A DNA stretch of 64,000 bases from Takakia lepidozioides (lineage: Eukaryota; Plantae; Bryophyta), in the NCBI GenBank assembly GCA_030704615.1, contig CM060733.1, positions 41,726,001 through 41,790,000 of the forward strand. Reading direction: 5' to 3'. The notes beneath the pieces were generated by a model. The model worked only from the letters and a program-made list of their open reading frames with translations, was not told the DNA's origin and ran no database searches. The position numbers were made by a program, and so were the translations under genes. Numbering within the stretch: position 1 is the first letter of the stretch; each line of letters begins with the position of its first letter. Positions 63,001-64,000 of the stretch are shown here, piece by piece.

Positions 63001-64000
63001 ATGGGGTTTTCCACCGGGACCACGGCGGTGCCTTTTCTTTCTGAGGCATCACGTCGTCAGGTGTTGGGGCAAGCGATGGATCTCAATTGCTTGACCTGGA
63101 TTATCAGCTTGGCTATGGCTAAGCAACATAGAGTGCGGAATGCACTTCCCTTGACGGTCTCTCTGCCTATCGAGACGGTACAGGCAGCGAGTGGGGACGA
63201 GCCGGTGAGGACCACGGGGTGTAGACATCCATGACATATGTGGGAGGTGCTCGAGGTTCAGAGGGAGTTGGCAGCCAAGGCGGCTTTGATAGATGAGGTT
63301 GGGGATTCTTCTCGGGTTGAGGAGATCCTCAATGATGAGATGATAGGGCATGATGAGGCCTTGTCATTGATTGAGCAGGCAGGGAGTACTCCTCAAGAGG
63401 TTGCGGCATAGCAACCACCAGACGCGTCTTCTACCTCTAAGCCCACTGGACTTAAGGTTGTAGTTACGGAGGATAATTAGGAGCCTGACATTGGATCCAT
63501 TGTCACCGGAGGAGAGAGACGACGTATACGACGGTTCCTGAGGGCTCACAGGAATTGCTTTGCCTTCAATTTGAAGGACTTGGGAGCACTGAAGGGTCAA
63601 GAGATCCGTATTGAGTTGGCCACTGACACGCCAATCTTTCGGAGACCCTATAGATACAGTGACATGGAGAGGTCTTTGATTCAGATGAGGACTCAAGATC
63701 TCTGGGAGGCAGGTTTGGTGGAGCTCTTTGGTGGAGAGTATGCTTCAGCCACAGTGATGCCAGCCAAGAAGGATGTCTATGGCAATTGGACGGAGAGACG
63801 TATGTGCGGTGATTACCGGCCTGTAAATCGTCAGACCAAGTCCGATAGGTATGCCATGCCGACACCAGAGGAGATCTTTGATGCCATTGGGCATGCCAAA
63901 GTCTTTAGCACTTTGGATTTACGATCCGGATATCACCAGTTGCCGATCAAGGAGGCGGATAAGCAAAAGACGGCATTTTGGGGGATCAATGAGCACGGGA
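60026..64000 (+). mobile_element. DNMT-carrying Ty3/gypsy element, copy B: gag-PR-DNMT-linker-RT in one frame; 5'-truncated and runs off the window
   Basis: ORFs at 59983, 60181, 60877, 61786 and 62323 and the RT start share a single frame, separated only by point stop codons; two Zn knuckles, DSGA protease, PCQ/ENV methyltransferase, RMCGDYRPVN. Confidence 0.96.
63409..63417 (+). promoter_or_regulatory. Putative stop-codon readthrough signal TAG CAA CCA (copy B)
   Basis: In-frame GCA-TAG-CAA-CCA, same position and context as in copy A. Confidence 0.65.

Overview
Plant nuclear DNA: GT-AG introns, TTTAGGG telomere repeats, PLS/DYW PPR remnants and plant HRD3, ClpP5, TTM3 and PDRG1 homologues. 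A non-seed land plant is plausible but cannot be fixed from the sequence. The window is a patchwork of transposon pieces and truncated genes, and the only clearly intact host gene is a 3-exon PDRG1-like gene (56828-57883). The main finding is a Ty3/gypsy family present as three pieces (35.1-40.1 kb, 51.5-54.1 kb, 60.0-64.0 kb) with the layout Gag-protease-C5 DNA methyltransferase-[TAG CAA CCA]-RT-RNaseH-integrase-PHD finger. The stop codon between methyltransferase and RT is shared by both copies that cover it and sits in a tobamovirus-type readthrough context (UAG-CAR-YYA), whereas every other stop that can be compared is copy-specific. Also present: a complete chromovirus with LTRs, PBS and a 5-bp TSD inserted into a SWIM-finger ORF; a Ulp1-protease gene convergent with that ORF; two palindrome-cored tandem arrays next to transposon-like genes; a Crinkler-like nuclease-kinase pseudogene; an in-frame ClpP5 transit peptide-DYW chimera; and fold-back repair scars, one with telomere repeats in its loop. 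All family assignments come from motif recognition by eye, not from database searches.
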